Origin: Stegostoma tigrinum
Taxonomy: Eukaryota
Assembly (NCBI RefSeq): GCF_030684315.1
Contig: NC_081355.1
Location: 67,232,924 to 67,296,923, forward strand
Length of the DNA: 64,000 nucleotides
Direction of reading: 5' to 3'
Under the pieces are notes generated by a model that searched no databases, had not been told where the DNA came from, and saw only the letters and a program-made list of their open reading frames with translations. Position 1 is the stretch's first letter. The number at the start of each line of letters is the position of its first letter. This document shows positions 24,298 to 36,714 of the stretch, piece by piece. A program made the position numbers and the translations under genes.

Positions 24298-25807
24298 CAC
24301 TACTACACATAGTTTAAACAGTTCAATATGAATTGTGTATAAATATATAGCTAGAGATAGAGCTGTTCATGTAATTGTAGTGTCCCTGCCTCTGAGTTGG
24401 GAGGCCTCGGTTCACACCCCATTTGCTTCTGTTGCAACAGTTCTCTACAGGTTGTTTGAAAGATACATATCACATAAATAGAATACATCAGAGGCAGGAT
24501 ATTGTTGTTGTAATTTCAACAACATTTTCCAGTAGAATGATAAGCCCTTGGGTCATAAATGATAGTGAACTCTAATACTTCTGAGTAAGGCAAGTGAGTT
24601 GCCATCAACCTTTACCCTTTTGTGTGAATTTGTGAATTAGAGAATTGGGCATTAAAATCTTGGTTCTGTAATTAATGCTACCTCCTGGAACCACATGTAT
24701 TAATTATAGAAATTTCTATAATTAATTATTAACTGGAATTGAAGATTGAGATATGTGAATTGTACCTTTTGGAGAAGTTGTCATGGAAGTTGGATAACAG
24801 CTGGTATGGTATATGTTGCATACTGATATTTCAAGACGTGGTACAGCAGGGGGATAGTATGGATGTTTGCTATTTATCTCCACATCCTGAAGCTCAGATC
24901 TTGTCCATGCTGTCTGCAGAAGGTATGTGTCCACAGCGAAGAAGAAATGAGAGTCTGCAAGTGAGTCATCTTTCGGTTGTTCTCACAAACTCTCTAACAG
25001 CTGATTACAGAACGGTTGACGACTTATGAAAGGCTTGAAGTTGATTGCCAGTCTGCCCTCTTGAATTAGAATTCACTACATGAGACCAGGTAATCAAAAA
25101 GAGTGGCCTAAAATGGAAGTATAATTGAGATAAGAGTAAATTGCTGGCAAGGATTGAAACCAAATCTGTTTAGGAGAGGATGGAATATGCACAAAACTGC
25201 AACACATGCTATCTTCCAGACAACATAGGGATCAACATTTCTAAGCAATTTTTAAGATGTTATTGTGAGCCTTGGGAGCAAAACTTGGACTATTGCTGAA
25301 CATTGGTCAAGCCCTATGTTTACATTTCAGCATTAACTGCTTTCTTTGCCCAGGGGCAGGGATAAATCCCATCTAGGCTTGAATAAGCTAAATGATTTGG
25401 TTTCAATTTGTAAATTTATTTCCTAGCTATACTTTGTAGTGGTTCTTATATATTCAAAGTGTTTTTTTTACCAGGTTAATTTCCATCCCCAGAACCTGCC
25501 AACTCTATTTTTCACACTTGCATTCGTATAGCATCTTTGATATTGCAAACATTCCAGGATGAAGAAACAGGAATGCTGCCATGCCCCACATCTAATATCC
25601 AAGTAATGCAAGCTGACCAGAGACCCTAGAAAACATTTCATTACCACAGAAGTGATGCCCTGTAAATGCACACTTGAAGGCAGCTAGCAACATTCTGAAT
25701 GACCCAGAGACATAGATAAAGAGCCCTACCCATCGAGTCGCAGCCAGCAGAATGATGTCACAGAGTGCAGTGTAAAGCAACAGTGATGAGTGATGAACCG
25801 AATAATC

Positions 25808-26900
25808 TAGAAGGAAATCAAAAATGTACAACTTCTACACAGAATGGGAAAATGAATTTATGCTGACAACTGTGAAAGAATTTGGCTCATTTGACACAAA
25901 TGTACATCAAGAAGGTAAAAGGGGAATTTGGAACAACACCACACGGTGATGCACAATAAATTCAAGGAAGTCTTCAATGAGCGGCATTTTTCAGATGCAG
26001 AAAGTTGATGAGTTGAAGGCAGTTTTGAAAGCTCAACAGTCACTTTTTTGAAAACAGCAGCTGAAGGTAAAATTGGCATTGAAGCATTGTTTTGCATTTA
26101 CCATCTTCTGACAAAACTCAACAAATCGTTCCCAGATGGTGAAGTAATTAAAGAAACACAGCAGTGATAATTTTTCGCACTGCAGTTCGAGAAGCCATCA
26201 ACATGGCCAACACAGCACAGCTGATTGCTTTTGTGCACATAGTGTTTTAAGGACATAACAAAGATATTCTCACTTTTTTGCCCCTTAAATATGGAACACT
26301 GGATGAGGATATCTACAATAAATTCAAAAGGTATGTACTTGAGAAAAACATTCCAATCAATAATCTGGTTTCCACTGCAACTGATGGTGAATGAGCCATA
26401 CTTGGTCCAAAAGTTTTGCAGAAGTTATCCTGATTTCCCCTCCTTTGTCAATTGCCACTGTATAAACCACCATTAGGAGTAAAGTTATGGCAAAGTCCTG
26501 TAATGGAAGCGTTTAAGATTGTAAACGTGATTCAAGCAAGTGCATTTCAGCAATATTTGTTTAAATTCTTACACAACAACCAGATGCTGCCTATAGTGAA
26601 CTAATCTCCCATGTTGATGTGATGTAGTTAAGTCAAGGGAACATCCTGCAAAGATTCTTAGATCTGATGCCTGAAATTGTCACAAAGTACAAAGTGACAA
26701 ATGAGCTGTCAGACAATGTGTGGTTGTTCAACTTCAGGTTCTTTACAGACATAACGTCAAGACTGAATGAGCTGAACTTTTGAGCTGCAGGGAAAGGACA
26801 TGTCAGCAACACTTTAAATGCATTAACATTCAAACCGTGTCCGTGGCTCCTCCAATTAAAAAAAAGACACTGCAACATTTCTCCAGTCTCAAGATAATGC
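25808..26900 (+). pseudogene. Fossil hAT (Charlie/Buster/SPIN-like) transposase
   Basis: Collinear broken motifs: RRKSKMYNFYTEWENE, KSFPDGEVIKE, TAQLIAFV, STATDG, HCINH, DVM*LSQGNILQRF, FTDIT..LNELN..LQGK. Confidence 0.8.
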
Positions 26901-26964
26901 CTAAAAAAAAGACAAAAAAAAAGTTCCACCCAGGAAACTTTGGTGCATTAAAAAGACAGTAAAT

Positions 26965-27082
26965 GCTGGAAATTAGAAGTAAGAACAGAAATGTGATGGA
27001 AAAAAAATCAAGCAGATCTGGCAGCATTTGTGGAGAGAAGTCAGATTTAATGTTTTGGCTCCAGTGACCCTCCCACAGAACA
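26965..27082 (-). mobile_element. Old PLE-terminus fragment with tail
   Basis: CAAGCAGATCTGGCAGCATTTGTGGAGAGAA...CCAGTGACCCTCCCACAGAAC. Confidence 0.65.
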
Positions 27083-27479
27083 AATTGACATTGATGTAAC
27101 CGGTACTGCATTCTTTCAAGTTTTGAAGAGTGAGAGGTGATCTCATTGAAATGTACAAAATTCTTACACGGTGTATACGGAGTAAATGTTTTGTCTCAAT
27201 TTCACTGGTTTCATGGAGGGTTTTTCTTATTGAGGCCTAGAGGGATTACCCACCATACTGTTCTAAACTCACTTGATTAATTATCCACCATGTCCCTGCA
27301 GCATCCCTTTTGTCTGATCCTAGCTGGATTCTACAAACCTGTTGTATTTGGAAGAACTCACCACTGCTGGGATATCCTAGAATAACCCATTATTCTTATT
27401 ATCCATGTGTTCTTTAAAAGCCATTGCACTTTTGCTCATACATTGTCAGTTGCGTTGCCATGCATGATTCATGGTATTT

Positions 27480-27710
27480 GCCCCAAATGTGGAAAATAAG
27501 GGGAAATTTATACCCCGCTTTGCAGATGCCTGGTGGATAAGGTGGTACAGGGCAGAGATCTACTCCTCCACCAGGACTGAAAAAGGGCACCACTTCATCA
27601 GAACCTGCCAGCCTGGCCCAAGTTTGCCGCCCAGGTCATCGCAGTCTCAGCCGTCTGGAGGAGTGTCCAGCAGTGAAGGAAGTGCATAATTATTTTATTG
27701 CTCCCTTATC
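27480..27710 (+). pseudogene. Fossil Myb/SANT-like DNA-binding gene of a PIF/Harbinger-type transposon
   Basis: KFIPRFADA followed, after frameshifts, by PAWPKFAAQVIAVSAVWRSVQQ*RK, matching the Myb/SANT-like W..IA..V...S...R...QCRK pattern. Confidence 0.6.
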
Positions 27711-30344
27711 CTCACTCTATTTCTGCCACTTCCTACCAAAAACTATGGTGGGTAATCTCTACCACATTCACTCTCAACCACCTTAATCCCCCTCTCTTCT
27801 AACTCTGCCTGGCCTCTGTGCTGCATGCTCACTCACTTTAGCACTTTACCTCCAACAGTACCAGCACTAACAGCTGCTGTACCATTCATTTTCATCTCAT
27901 TGAATCCCTCCATTTTTCTCATTCCAGCCAATAATTTAGCAGAAAGAGCCAAGGGTGGGGTTATAGGCTGCCTGACATTCAGCTCTTCAACCCCCTGAGG
28001 AGAGGACCCTGACCCTGACCATTTTGAGTGGCCAAGACTATGGGCTGATAATGGAGGCTGCCGTGACTTACTATGCTGGAACACTGACTGAAGACTCCTC
28101 TCCCCTTGCATGGAAACTATTCTGACTCTGATTTGTTGATTGACCATATCTAAGCCCCTGGAAGGATACTGGAAGGTGCCCTTGACTTACTGAGTCAGAA
28201 CACTCTAACCAAAGGCTATCATCCTTGATTTGACAAGGGCTGATAACCATGGTAATCTCCCGGGAATTGAGTCTGCACCACACGACAAGGCAAGATGGGG
28301 GGAATGTGAGCCTGGTGGCTCTGTCAGGGAGCAGGGGTATGCTGTGAGCATTCAGGTCTGCTAAAAATGATTGATTGCTAAGAATGTAAATGAGAACAGT
28401 CCTGAGATGCAGCCTGGTCCAGTCCATGAGCTGGGCACCTTTCCTTGTGTTCAATATGTCTTTGCAGCAGTTAATCAATGCTAGTTGAGAGTATGCCCCA
28501 AAGTGCAACCTCGAAGTGTGAAGGCATCCTCCAAGCAGATCAAAAAGGTGACATGAGAGTCCTGAGAGGTTGGTGTCAGACACTTGTGTCTGGGGGAGTG
28601 ATGAGTGTAGATGATGCCCTGAAGCATGCCCTAAGATGTGGCTGCCATGTGTCTAAGGTGGCAGTCCGGAGGAGCAAGTGGTAAGCTGAAGTCACCAGGT
28701 GCCCATTTCGACTTGGATGTCGAGAGTGGTTATTGTCTAGTTTCCTTGTGTAGGTAGTAGGGTACAAAGCTGCAAACGCGTAAGGAGTGATTTGCAATTA
28801 ATGAGACCAACAATAAGCAATAATACATTTCAATGGACATCTCATTGCTTCCTGGCTAGAAACTGCTCTCAATGCCTAAAACTCTGCTTGTAAACTTAAC
28901 AGGTTGTTCCTGATGTCAAGAAATTTCTCATATTTCTTGCCAATATTAATTAGAAACAGGTAAACTGACAGATGCTTTTTATATACTAACCCTTCGGCTG
29001 AGATTAGCTAGATTAGCACAGATATCAAATTTAAGATGTTACTGACCATTGTCATTTTAAGTCTTTTGCTTGTGGAGTATTTTAGAGAAAAGTTTTTTGT
29101 CGGCTAACAAGTATTCCAAAGATGACAAGAGCAACATGAATTTTGTGCCTTTTATGGAATTCTTTTTCACATCATCAGTTGATGGAAGAGTGATATCTGG
29201 AGCAATGGATCGCCATCTGATCACCAATACATTGAAGTATTTGCATTCTGGAAAAGTGCTCTTTAGTCGATAAAAATAAACTATTATTTGCTAAATGCAG
29301 CCAGCTATACCGACTACTCAATATTTTGTATTCTGATTCAAGCAAATTCCTGAATTTCACACAAAGTAAAATTAATTTTGTGGAATAGAGCTTTAAATTA
29401 GCTAAGACCAAAAGCAGATAAGCTTTTACTCTGGCCTTGTAGCGAGGTATTTATATTAAGTGGTTTTTTGATTGAACTATTGGCCTAGATCCAAAGACAC
29501 AACTTTAATCCCTTGAAGTATTGTACCGTGGTTACTGCAAACAAGCAGGATCAGAAAAGCAACAAAATGCAGGATGATGTGAAATAAAGCCATTTTAAAA
29601 ATAAAACTGAAACTAGTAATATGTTCTTTGGTTATTAAGTGAAAAAGTCCCATATCCATGTTTATCACTGTTGATCTGGCATTATAAAAGTTTATTTTTA
29701 GATTTAAGTGGCCAGCCTCAGTTAATATACAATAGCAACTGAGGTCACATTGCAAGAAGTCTGGGCCACATCAAATAAGGTGCTGACAAGAGAGGAGATG
29801 AAAATGCCCACAAAAGGAATACTGCTGTTCTTGTTCTCGTACACCTTGTTTTTATAATCTGCGCAATGCATTTTTTTTTACGTTTCGCTGCTAATTTCCT
29901 GTGAACCTATGATGTAATTGGCCAGGGATTAAAATAGTTTGGTGGAGTTTTGAAGTTTAATAATGGGTTTCCTTTCCCACCATTTCTGCTGTGTCAGTTC
30001 ATCATGTCTGAGAGAGACAAACCCTTTTGAGTACAGATGATTGACTTTTGTGTCAGACTCCGCCCTTACTAAATAAAGCAGTGAGTGCAGTACATATTGT
30101 ACTTTCAGACTGCATGAAGACCCTAGATGACGAAGGCCATCATTGTTTAAAACATTGTAATGTTCCCATGAGAATGATAAGTTGCTTTCAATTACATGGA
30201 GTATCCAGATTTTTTCAACTGTAGTATTGAAGGTCTATCAAATAAAGTGCAAGGAACATTAAAATGTACAAAACTCCCGTTATTGGCAAGACACCAAAAG
30301 CTATTAAAAAAAAGTCAATTCCATTCAATAAAAGATGCTTAAAA

Positions 30345-30570
30345 ATACTTACATTTATCTGGCACCTTTCGAAACTTCAGGTTATTGCAAAGTGATTTAC
30401 AACCAATTAAATGCTTTTGGAATGCAGTCATTATATGTCCCGGGAAACATGAAAGTTGAGCAACAGCAAGGTCCCACTAACAGCAAATTGATTATGAAAT
30501 GATAACCTGTTTCAATGATGTTGTTTCAGGGATACGTATTGAATGAACATTGATAAGCGCAGATTCTCAA
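30345..30570 (-). mobile_element. Old DeuSINE-like fragment
   Basis: ACTTACATTTAT...CAAAGTGATTTACAACCAAT...ACAGCAAGGTCCCACTAACAGCAA; related to 22200-22330, 41515-41830 and 59420-59670. Confidence 0.6.
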
Positions 30571-30585
30571 ATAATATCATGACAA

Positions 30586-31052
30586 TTTACCAGAATGCTG
30601 CCTGGACCGGAGGGCTTGTCTTACGAGGAAAGGTTGACTGAGCTCGGACTTTTCTCTCTGGAGCGAAGGAGGAAGAGGGGTGACCTGATCGAGGTGTACA
30701 AGGTAATGAGAGGCATGGATAGAGTCGATAGCCAGAGACTCTTCCCCAGGGCAGGATTGACTGCCACGAGGGGTCATAGTTTTAAGGTGTTAGGAGGAAG
30801 GTATAGAGGAGACGTCAGATGGGGGTTCTTCACCCAGAGAGTTGTGAGCGCTTGGAATAGTTTATCTGTGATAGTCAATGAAGCGGAGTCATTAGTGACA
30901 TTTAAGCGACTGCTGGACATGCACATGGACAGCAGTGAATTGAGGGGAATGTAGGTTAGGTTATTTTATTTTTGGATTAGGATTATTCCCCGCACAACAT
31001 CATGGGCCGAAGGGCCTGTACTGTGCTGTACTTTTCTATGTTCTATGTTCTA
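30586..31052 (+). mobile_element. Young CR1 3' fragment
   Basis: Intact C-terminal ORF2 (MLPG..LSYEERL...WNSL) and TTCTATG tail. Confidence 0.95.
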
Positions 31053-31199
31053 ATTTATGTCCAGCTGATGTAAAGATGGTAGACTCCCTCACTATTCTGT
31101 CAATCTTCTGACTCGATATGGAATGCCGTTATCCTAATATCCACTTCAGCGATTAATTGAGTGAATTGTTGCAGTATTATGAATGTCTCACTGTGCAGA

Positions 31200-31282
31200 G
31201 ACGGCAGCACAGTGGTTTAGTGAGTGGCTCTGCTTCCCCACACCAGCAGGGACCTGGGTTCAATTCCAGCCTGAGGCAACTG
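31200..31282 (+). mobile_element. HE1 SINE head only, truncated at the PLE junction
   Basis: GGCAGCACAGTGG...GGGTTCAATTCCAGCC A/B boxes. Confidence 0.8.
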
Positions 31283-31375
31283 TGATACTGGGAACTGCAG
31301 ATGCTGGAGAATCCAAGATAATAAAGTGTGGAGCTGGATGAACACAGCAAGCAGCATCTCAGGAGCACAAAAGCT

Positions 31376-31403
31376 GACGTTTCGGGCCTAGACCCTTCAT
31401 CAG
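31376..31403 (-). ncRNA. Minimal hammerhead ribozyme motif in the PLE 3' terminus
   Basis: Intact core identical to 23537-23564. Confidence 0.75.
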
Positions 31404-31904
31404 AGAGGGGGATGGGGTGAGGGTTCTGGAATAAATAGGGAGAGAGGGGGAGGCGGACTGAAGATGGAGAGAAAAGAAGATAGATGGAGAGGAGAGTATA
31501 GGTGGGGAGGTCGGGAGGGGATAGGTCATTCCGGGGAGGATGGACTGGTCAAGGAGGTGGGATGAGGTTAGTAGGTTGGAAATGGAGGTGCGGCTTGGGG
31601 TGGGAGGAAGGGATGGATGAGAGGAAGAACAGGTTAGGGACGCAGAGACAGACTGGGCTGGCTTTGGGATGCAGTGGGTGGAGGGGACGAGCTGGGCTTG
31701 TTTAGGAATGCAGTGGGGGGAGGGAAAGAACTGGGCTGGTTTTGGGATGCAGTGGTGGAAGGGGAGATTTTGAAGCTTGTGAAGTCCACATTGATACCAC
31801 TGGGCTGCAGGGTTCCCAAGTGGAATATGAGTTGCCGTTCCTGCAACCTATGGGTGGCATCATTGTTGGACTGCAGGAGGCCCAGGATGGACATGTCGTC
31901 TAAG

Positions 31905-31982
31905 GAATGGTGGGCGGTGGGTGGGCGGTGGGGGGGGCGGGGGGGGGGGGGGGAGGGGCGGGGGGGGGGGCGGTGGGGGGAG
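31905..31982. repeat. G-rich tract (G-quadruplex-prone) within the PLE
   Basis: Runs of G separated by single C/T/A; absent from the paralogous site at ~40025-40040. Confidence 0.85.
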
Positions 31983-33396
31983 AGTTAAAATGGTTCGTGA
32001 CTGGGTGGTGCAGTTGTTTATTGCGAACCGAGCTGAAGTGTTCTAAAAAGCGGTCCCCAAGCCTCCGCTTGGTTTCCCCATTGTACAGGAAGCCACACCG
32101 TGTACAGTGGATACAAAATACCACATTGGCAGATGTGCAGGTGAACATCTGCTTGATATGGAAAGTCATCTTGGAGCCTGGGATGGGGGTGAGAGAAGAG
32201 ATGTGGGGGCAATTGTAGCACTTCCTGCGGTTGCAGGGGACGGTGCCGGGTGTGGTGAAGTTGGAGGGGAACGTGGAGCAGACAAGGGAGTCATGCAGCG
32301 AGTGGTCTCTCCGGAAGGCAGACAAGGGTGGGGTGGGAAAAATAGCTTGGGTGGTAGGGTCGGATTGTAGATGGCGGAAGTGTTGGAGGATGATGCGTTG
32401 TATCCAGAGGTTGGTGGGGTGGTATGTGAGAACGAGGGTGATCCTCTTGGGGCGGTTGTGGTGGGTGCAGGGTGTCAGGGATGTGTTGCAGGAAATGCGG
32501 GAGACACGATCAAGGGCGTTCTCCACCACTGTGGGGGGAAAGTTGCGGCTTTTGAAGAACGTGGACATCTGGGATGAGCGGGAGTGGAATGCCTCATCCT
32601 GGGAGCTGATGCGGCGGAGGCGAAGGAATTTGGAATAGGGGATGGAATTTTTGCAGGAGGGTGGATGGGAGGAGGTGTATTCTAGATAGCTGTGGGAGTT
32701 GGTGGGCTTGAAATGGACAACAGTTTCTAGCTGGTTGCCTGAGATGGAGACAGAGAGGTCCAGGAAGGTGAGGGATGTGCTGGAGATGGCCCAGGTGAAC
32801 TTGAGGTTGGGGTGGAAGGTGTTGGTGAAGTGGATGAACTGTTCGAGCTCCTCTTGGGAGCAAGAGGCAGCACCGATACAGTCATCAATGTAATGGAGGA
32901 AGAGGTGTGGTTTGGGGCCAGTGTAGGTGCGGAAGAGGGACTGTTCCACATAACCTACAAAGAGGCTGGCATAGCTTGGGCTCATGCGGGTACCCATGGC
33001 CACCCCCTTTGTCTGTAGGAAGTGGGGGGAATCGAAAGAGAAGTTGTTGAGGGTGAGGACGAGTTCGGCTAGGTTCCCTGATCCTGATGGCAACCCTGTA
33101 ATCTCTGTTAGAAGTGCATATATATGGACAATGGATCAATGGGTGTAAGTTATAATTGCTTTGTGTGATGGCTTTTAAAGTTTATTTCTCTAAAACTGAA
33201 AGAATTTCCATGAGAGATCACATAAATGTGGCAAGTCATTATGTACAATGCACTTACAAATGCATTTCTTCAAATATGCCCCTTTCCAAACCGAAACAAA
33301 AATTTCCATGCATTGCCATTCTCTGCCACGTTATCTAAAATACTTGGTATATAGGGAAAAATAACATATAAACAAAAGTTGTATTTATGCTAAACT

Positions 33397-33588
33397 AAGA
33401 TAACAAAGTGTAGAGTTGGATGAACAAGCAGGCCAAGCAGCATCTCAGGAGCGCAAAAGTTGACATTTGGTCTCGGCCCGAAATGTCAGCTTTTGTGCTC
33501 CTGAGATGCTGCTTGGCCTGCTGTGTTCATCCAGCTTCACACTTTGTTATCTTGGATTCTCCAGCATCTGCAGTTCCCACTATCTCTC
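33397..33588 (+). mobile_element. PLE-terminus fold-back insertion (arms ~33397-33468 / 33481-33553) + tail; ~13-bp TSD
   Basis: Inverted arms; TSD TT(T/C)ATGCTAAACT at 33384-33396 and 33589-33601; turn-around falls inside the hammerhead stem II. Confidence 0.9.
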
Positions 33589-33800
33589 TTCATGCTAAAC
33601 TTTCCCACTTTCATCAATCTCTGCCTATGTATTTAATATATATTCTTTAAAGCATCAAGATCTTTGAATCGTACTCATGCACACTATGGTCACTTGTGCA
33701 TTTGTTATCTGCTTATTTCTGGAGAGGCTGTTCCTGCAGTGAGTGTCTGATTAGAGCAAAATGCTTCTCTTTCAGATTCAATAGGAAGAATATTTGTATT

Positions 33801-34826
33801 AAACAAAGAAACAAAGAAACCTACAGCACAGGAACAGGCCCTTCGGCCCTCCAAGCCTGCGCCGATCAAGATCCTCGGTCTAACCTGTCATCTATTTTCT
33901 AACGGTCTGTGTCCATTTGCTCCCTGCCCATCCATGTACCTGTCCAAATATATCTTAAAAGATGCTAACGTGTCTGCGTCTACCACCTCTGCTGGCAACG
34001 TGTTCCAGGCACCCACCATCCTCTGTGTAAAGAACTTTCCACGCATATCTCCCTTAAACTTTCCTCTCTCACTTTGAACTCATGACCCCTAGTAATTGAC
34101 TCCCCCACTCTGGGAAAAAGCTTTTTGCTATCCACCCTGTCTATACCCCTCATGTTTTTGTAGACCTCAATCAGGTCCCCCCTCAATCTCCATCTTTCTA
34201 ATGAAAATAATCCTAATCTACTCAACCTCTCTTCATAACTAGCACCCTCCATACCAGGCAACATCCTGGTGAACCTCCTCTGCACCCTCTCCAAAGCATC
34301 CACATCCTTTTGGTAATGTGGCAACCAGAACTGTACACAGTACTCCAAATGTGGCCGAACCAAAGTCCTATACAACTGCAACATGACCTGCCAACTCTTG
34401 TACTCAATACCCCGCCCAATGAAGGAAAGCATGCCATATGCCTTCTTGACCACCTTGTTGACCTGCGTTGTCACCTTCAGGGAACAATGGACCTGAACAC
34501 CCAGATCTCTCTGTTCATCAATTTTCCCTCGGACTTTTCCATTTACTGTATAGTTCGCCCTTGAATTTGACCTTCCAAAATGCATCACCTTGCATTTGCC
34601 CGGATTGAACTCCATCTGCCATTTATCTGCCCAACTCTCCAATCTATCTATATTCTGCTGTAATTTCTGACAATCCCCTTCACTATCAGCTATTCCACCA
34701 ATCTTAGTGTCATCAGCAAACTTGCTGATCAGACCACGTACACCTTCCTCCAGATCATTTACATATATCACAAACAATAGTGGTCCCAGCACAGATCCCT
34801 GTGGAACACTACTGGTTACAGGTCTC
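33801..34826 (-). mobile_element. Young CR1 3' fragment (different subfamily, (TTTCTTTG)n-type tail)
   Basis: ORF 33980-34792 with LGPLLFVIYVNDL and KFADDTK. Confidence 0.95.
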
Positions 34827-36199
34827 CTAAAAATACATGCATTAACATCTCCTTATCCCTGAATCTAACCTCATTAATGTACCGCTTCCTATTGTCTCCC
34901 TTGCTGGAAAGAAACTAGGCAGTAACAATTCCTAACACGCATGTCAGTGTGAATGCATGACAAATCCAGCTTGCCCCACATTTATCCCACACCACATCTT
35001 GGACAAAAGACACCAACATCTCAGGGCACACTTCTTGCCTAACAACTGCATGAACACCATGTCTACAGATGTTGACATATGACACATACCAGCCTCACTG
35101 CACCTTCATGATACATCTCTAACCCACTTACAGTAAAGTTTAGCACTTTATTGCTGCACTTTGGAGTACACCAGAACCTTCCATTCGAATGTTGCTGATT
35201 GGACACTTTTCACGCAAGGACAGGTACCCAACTCATGGATTTGACTGGAGTGTAACTCAAGGCTTTCTCAAAGCTTATTCACTTCATCACGAATTGGATT
35301 TTCACAGTATCTCTGCTTTGCCTTGATGATTTACCACCTCCACCAGAGTTTATATTCTCACAGGACTTCTCGCTTACATTTTAGTACAGACACAATGACT
35401 GGCAGCAATGATGACTCAATGGGGTGGACAAGTTGCTCTATGACACAATGCCATGCCTGTCTTACGCCCACCAGCAGCTGAAGCAGCAAACGCATTGATC
35501 GTGCTTCAAACAAATGGCCATACTTGAATGTCTACAATCACATACAGGATTACATGAAGCAATCCTCAGTCAACTCAAAGGAGAAAACCTTCAGTCTGGA
35601 GTCCCAGTTCAGTGGCCTTGGAATTATGCCCATTGCTAGAGTATAGTGAGTAGGCTACTTTGGGGATTCCAGATCAGGAGTCCATATCTTTGAGGCCCAG
35701 GATTGGGTTGTAGTTTGTCCTGTACCTCCAGTACAATGTTCTGAGGAATCACAATGAGTCAGTCAGGGAGCTATGCACAAGCCAGTGAGGAGTCTGGCCA
35801 GCCATCAGATTGTGTAAGGTTTCCTTCCAGATGGTCAAGGGTATGAACTATGGTCAGTCCTCAGGATCTATCTCCACAAAAGTCAAAGGTGGTTATCAGG
35901 CCCACTGTTGTAGGAGAGAAGCTCGGGTTATTAATCGTATGGATTGGAAGCAGCATTTTGGAATACTGAAGGGGAGATGATTGTGAAAGAGGTGAGAACG
36001 TTAGAACATTGAAGAGAAAGCAATGATGATGGAGAAGTATCGTCAGCGGTCATGCTCTTGACTTGATTGAGGTGGAGCGGAACAATGAGCTTCTATGCCT
36101 GGTACGTTGATTCGACATTCCTGGGGCTGGGGGAGTTAAATAGGGAGATGAAGAGCAAGGTAACCAGCTCGGGTGGGAAAGTTGAAAACCTATGGGATT

Positions 36200-36525
36200 G
36201 GCAGGGGGGCACAGTGGTTAGCACTGCTGCTTCACTGTGCCAGGGACCCAGGTTCAATTCCACCTTCAGATGACAGCCTGTGTGGAGTTTGCACATTCTC
36301 CTTGTGTCTGTGTCAGTTTCTTCTGTGTGCTCTGGTTTCTTCCCACAGTCCAAAGATGTGCCATGCTAAATTGCCCATAGTGTCCAGCAATGTGCACGTT
36401 AATTGTATTAGTCATGGGAAATGCAAGGGATAGAGTAGGGAGCGAGTCTGTGTGGGATGCTCCTCAGAAAGTCGGTGTGCACTTGTTGGGACAAATGACC
36501 TGTTCCCACACTGTAGGGATTCTAT
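36200..36525 (+). mobile_element. HE1-type SINE
   Basis: CACAGTGGTTAGCACTGCTGC...GGTTCAATTCC...GTTTGCACATTCTCC...CACTGTAGGGATTCTA. Confidence 0.93.
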
Positions 36526-36714
36526 ATATCAGTGGGGAGGAATACCAAGAAAGAATACCAGATACCAACTTTTGGAAGCTCACCAAGGGTAAAAGGCTGA
36601 GCCTGCGATTTACTGCATGAAGCACAACAGTTTCCATTCATCCCAAATAACAATTGTGTAACAGAGCTGAAAATGGCTGCCACTACATCTAGAGTGGGCA
36701 GGGAGAGTGTTTCA

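Larger units (their letters stand above)
31283..33073 (-). mobile_element. Penelope-like (Poseidon-type) retroelement, 5'-truncated: RT + GIY-YIG endonuclease + pLTR + tail
   Basis: ORF 31900-33093: QTKGVAMGTRMSPSYA, YIDD, TFLDL, PCNRRKCYNC, FCIHC..C...YNGETKRRLGDRF.EH. Confidence 0.95.

Noticed and set aside
29070-29273. Short ORFs open on both strands in unique DNA
   Set aside because: No convincing splice-site pair or recognisable domain.
34850-36190. GC-richer unexplained stretches (also 41840-42800 and 51820-52900)
   Set aside because: Probably old transposon remnants, but no motif could be assigned by eye.
36200-36270. tRNA-like A/B boxes
   Set aside because: These are SINE heads, not tRNA genes; no cloverleaf, and each is followed by a SINE body.
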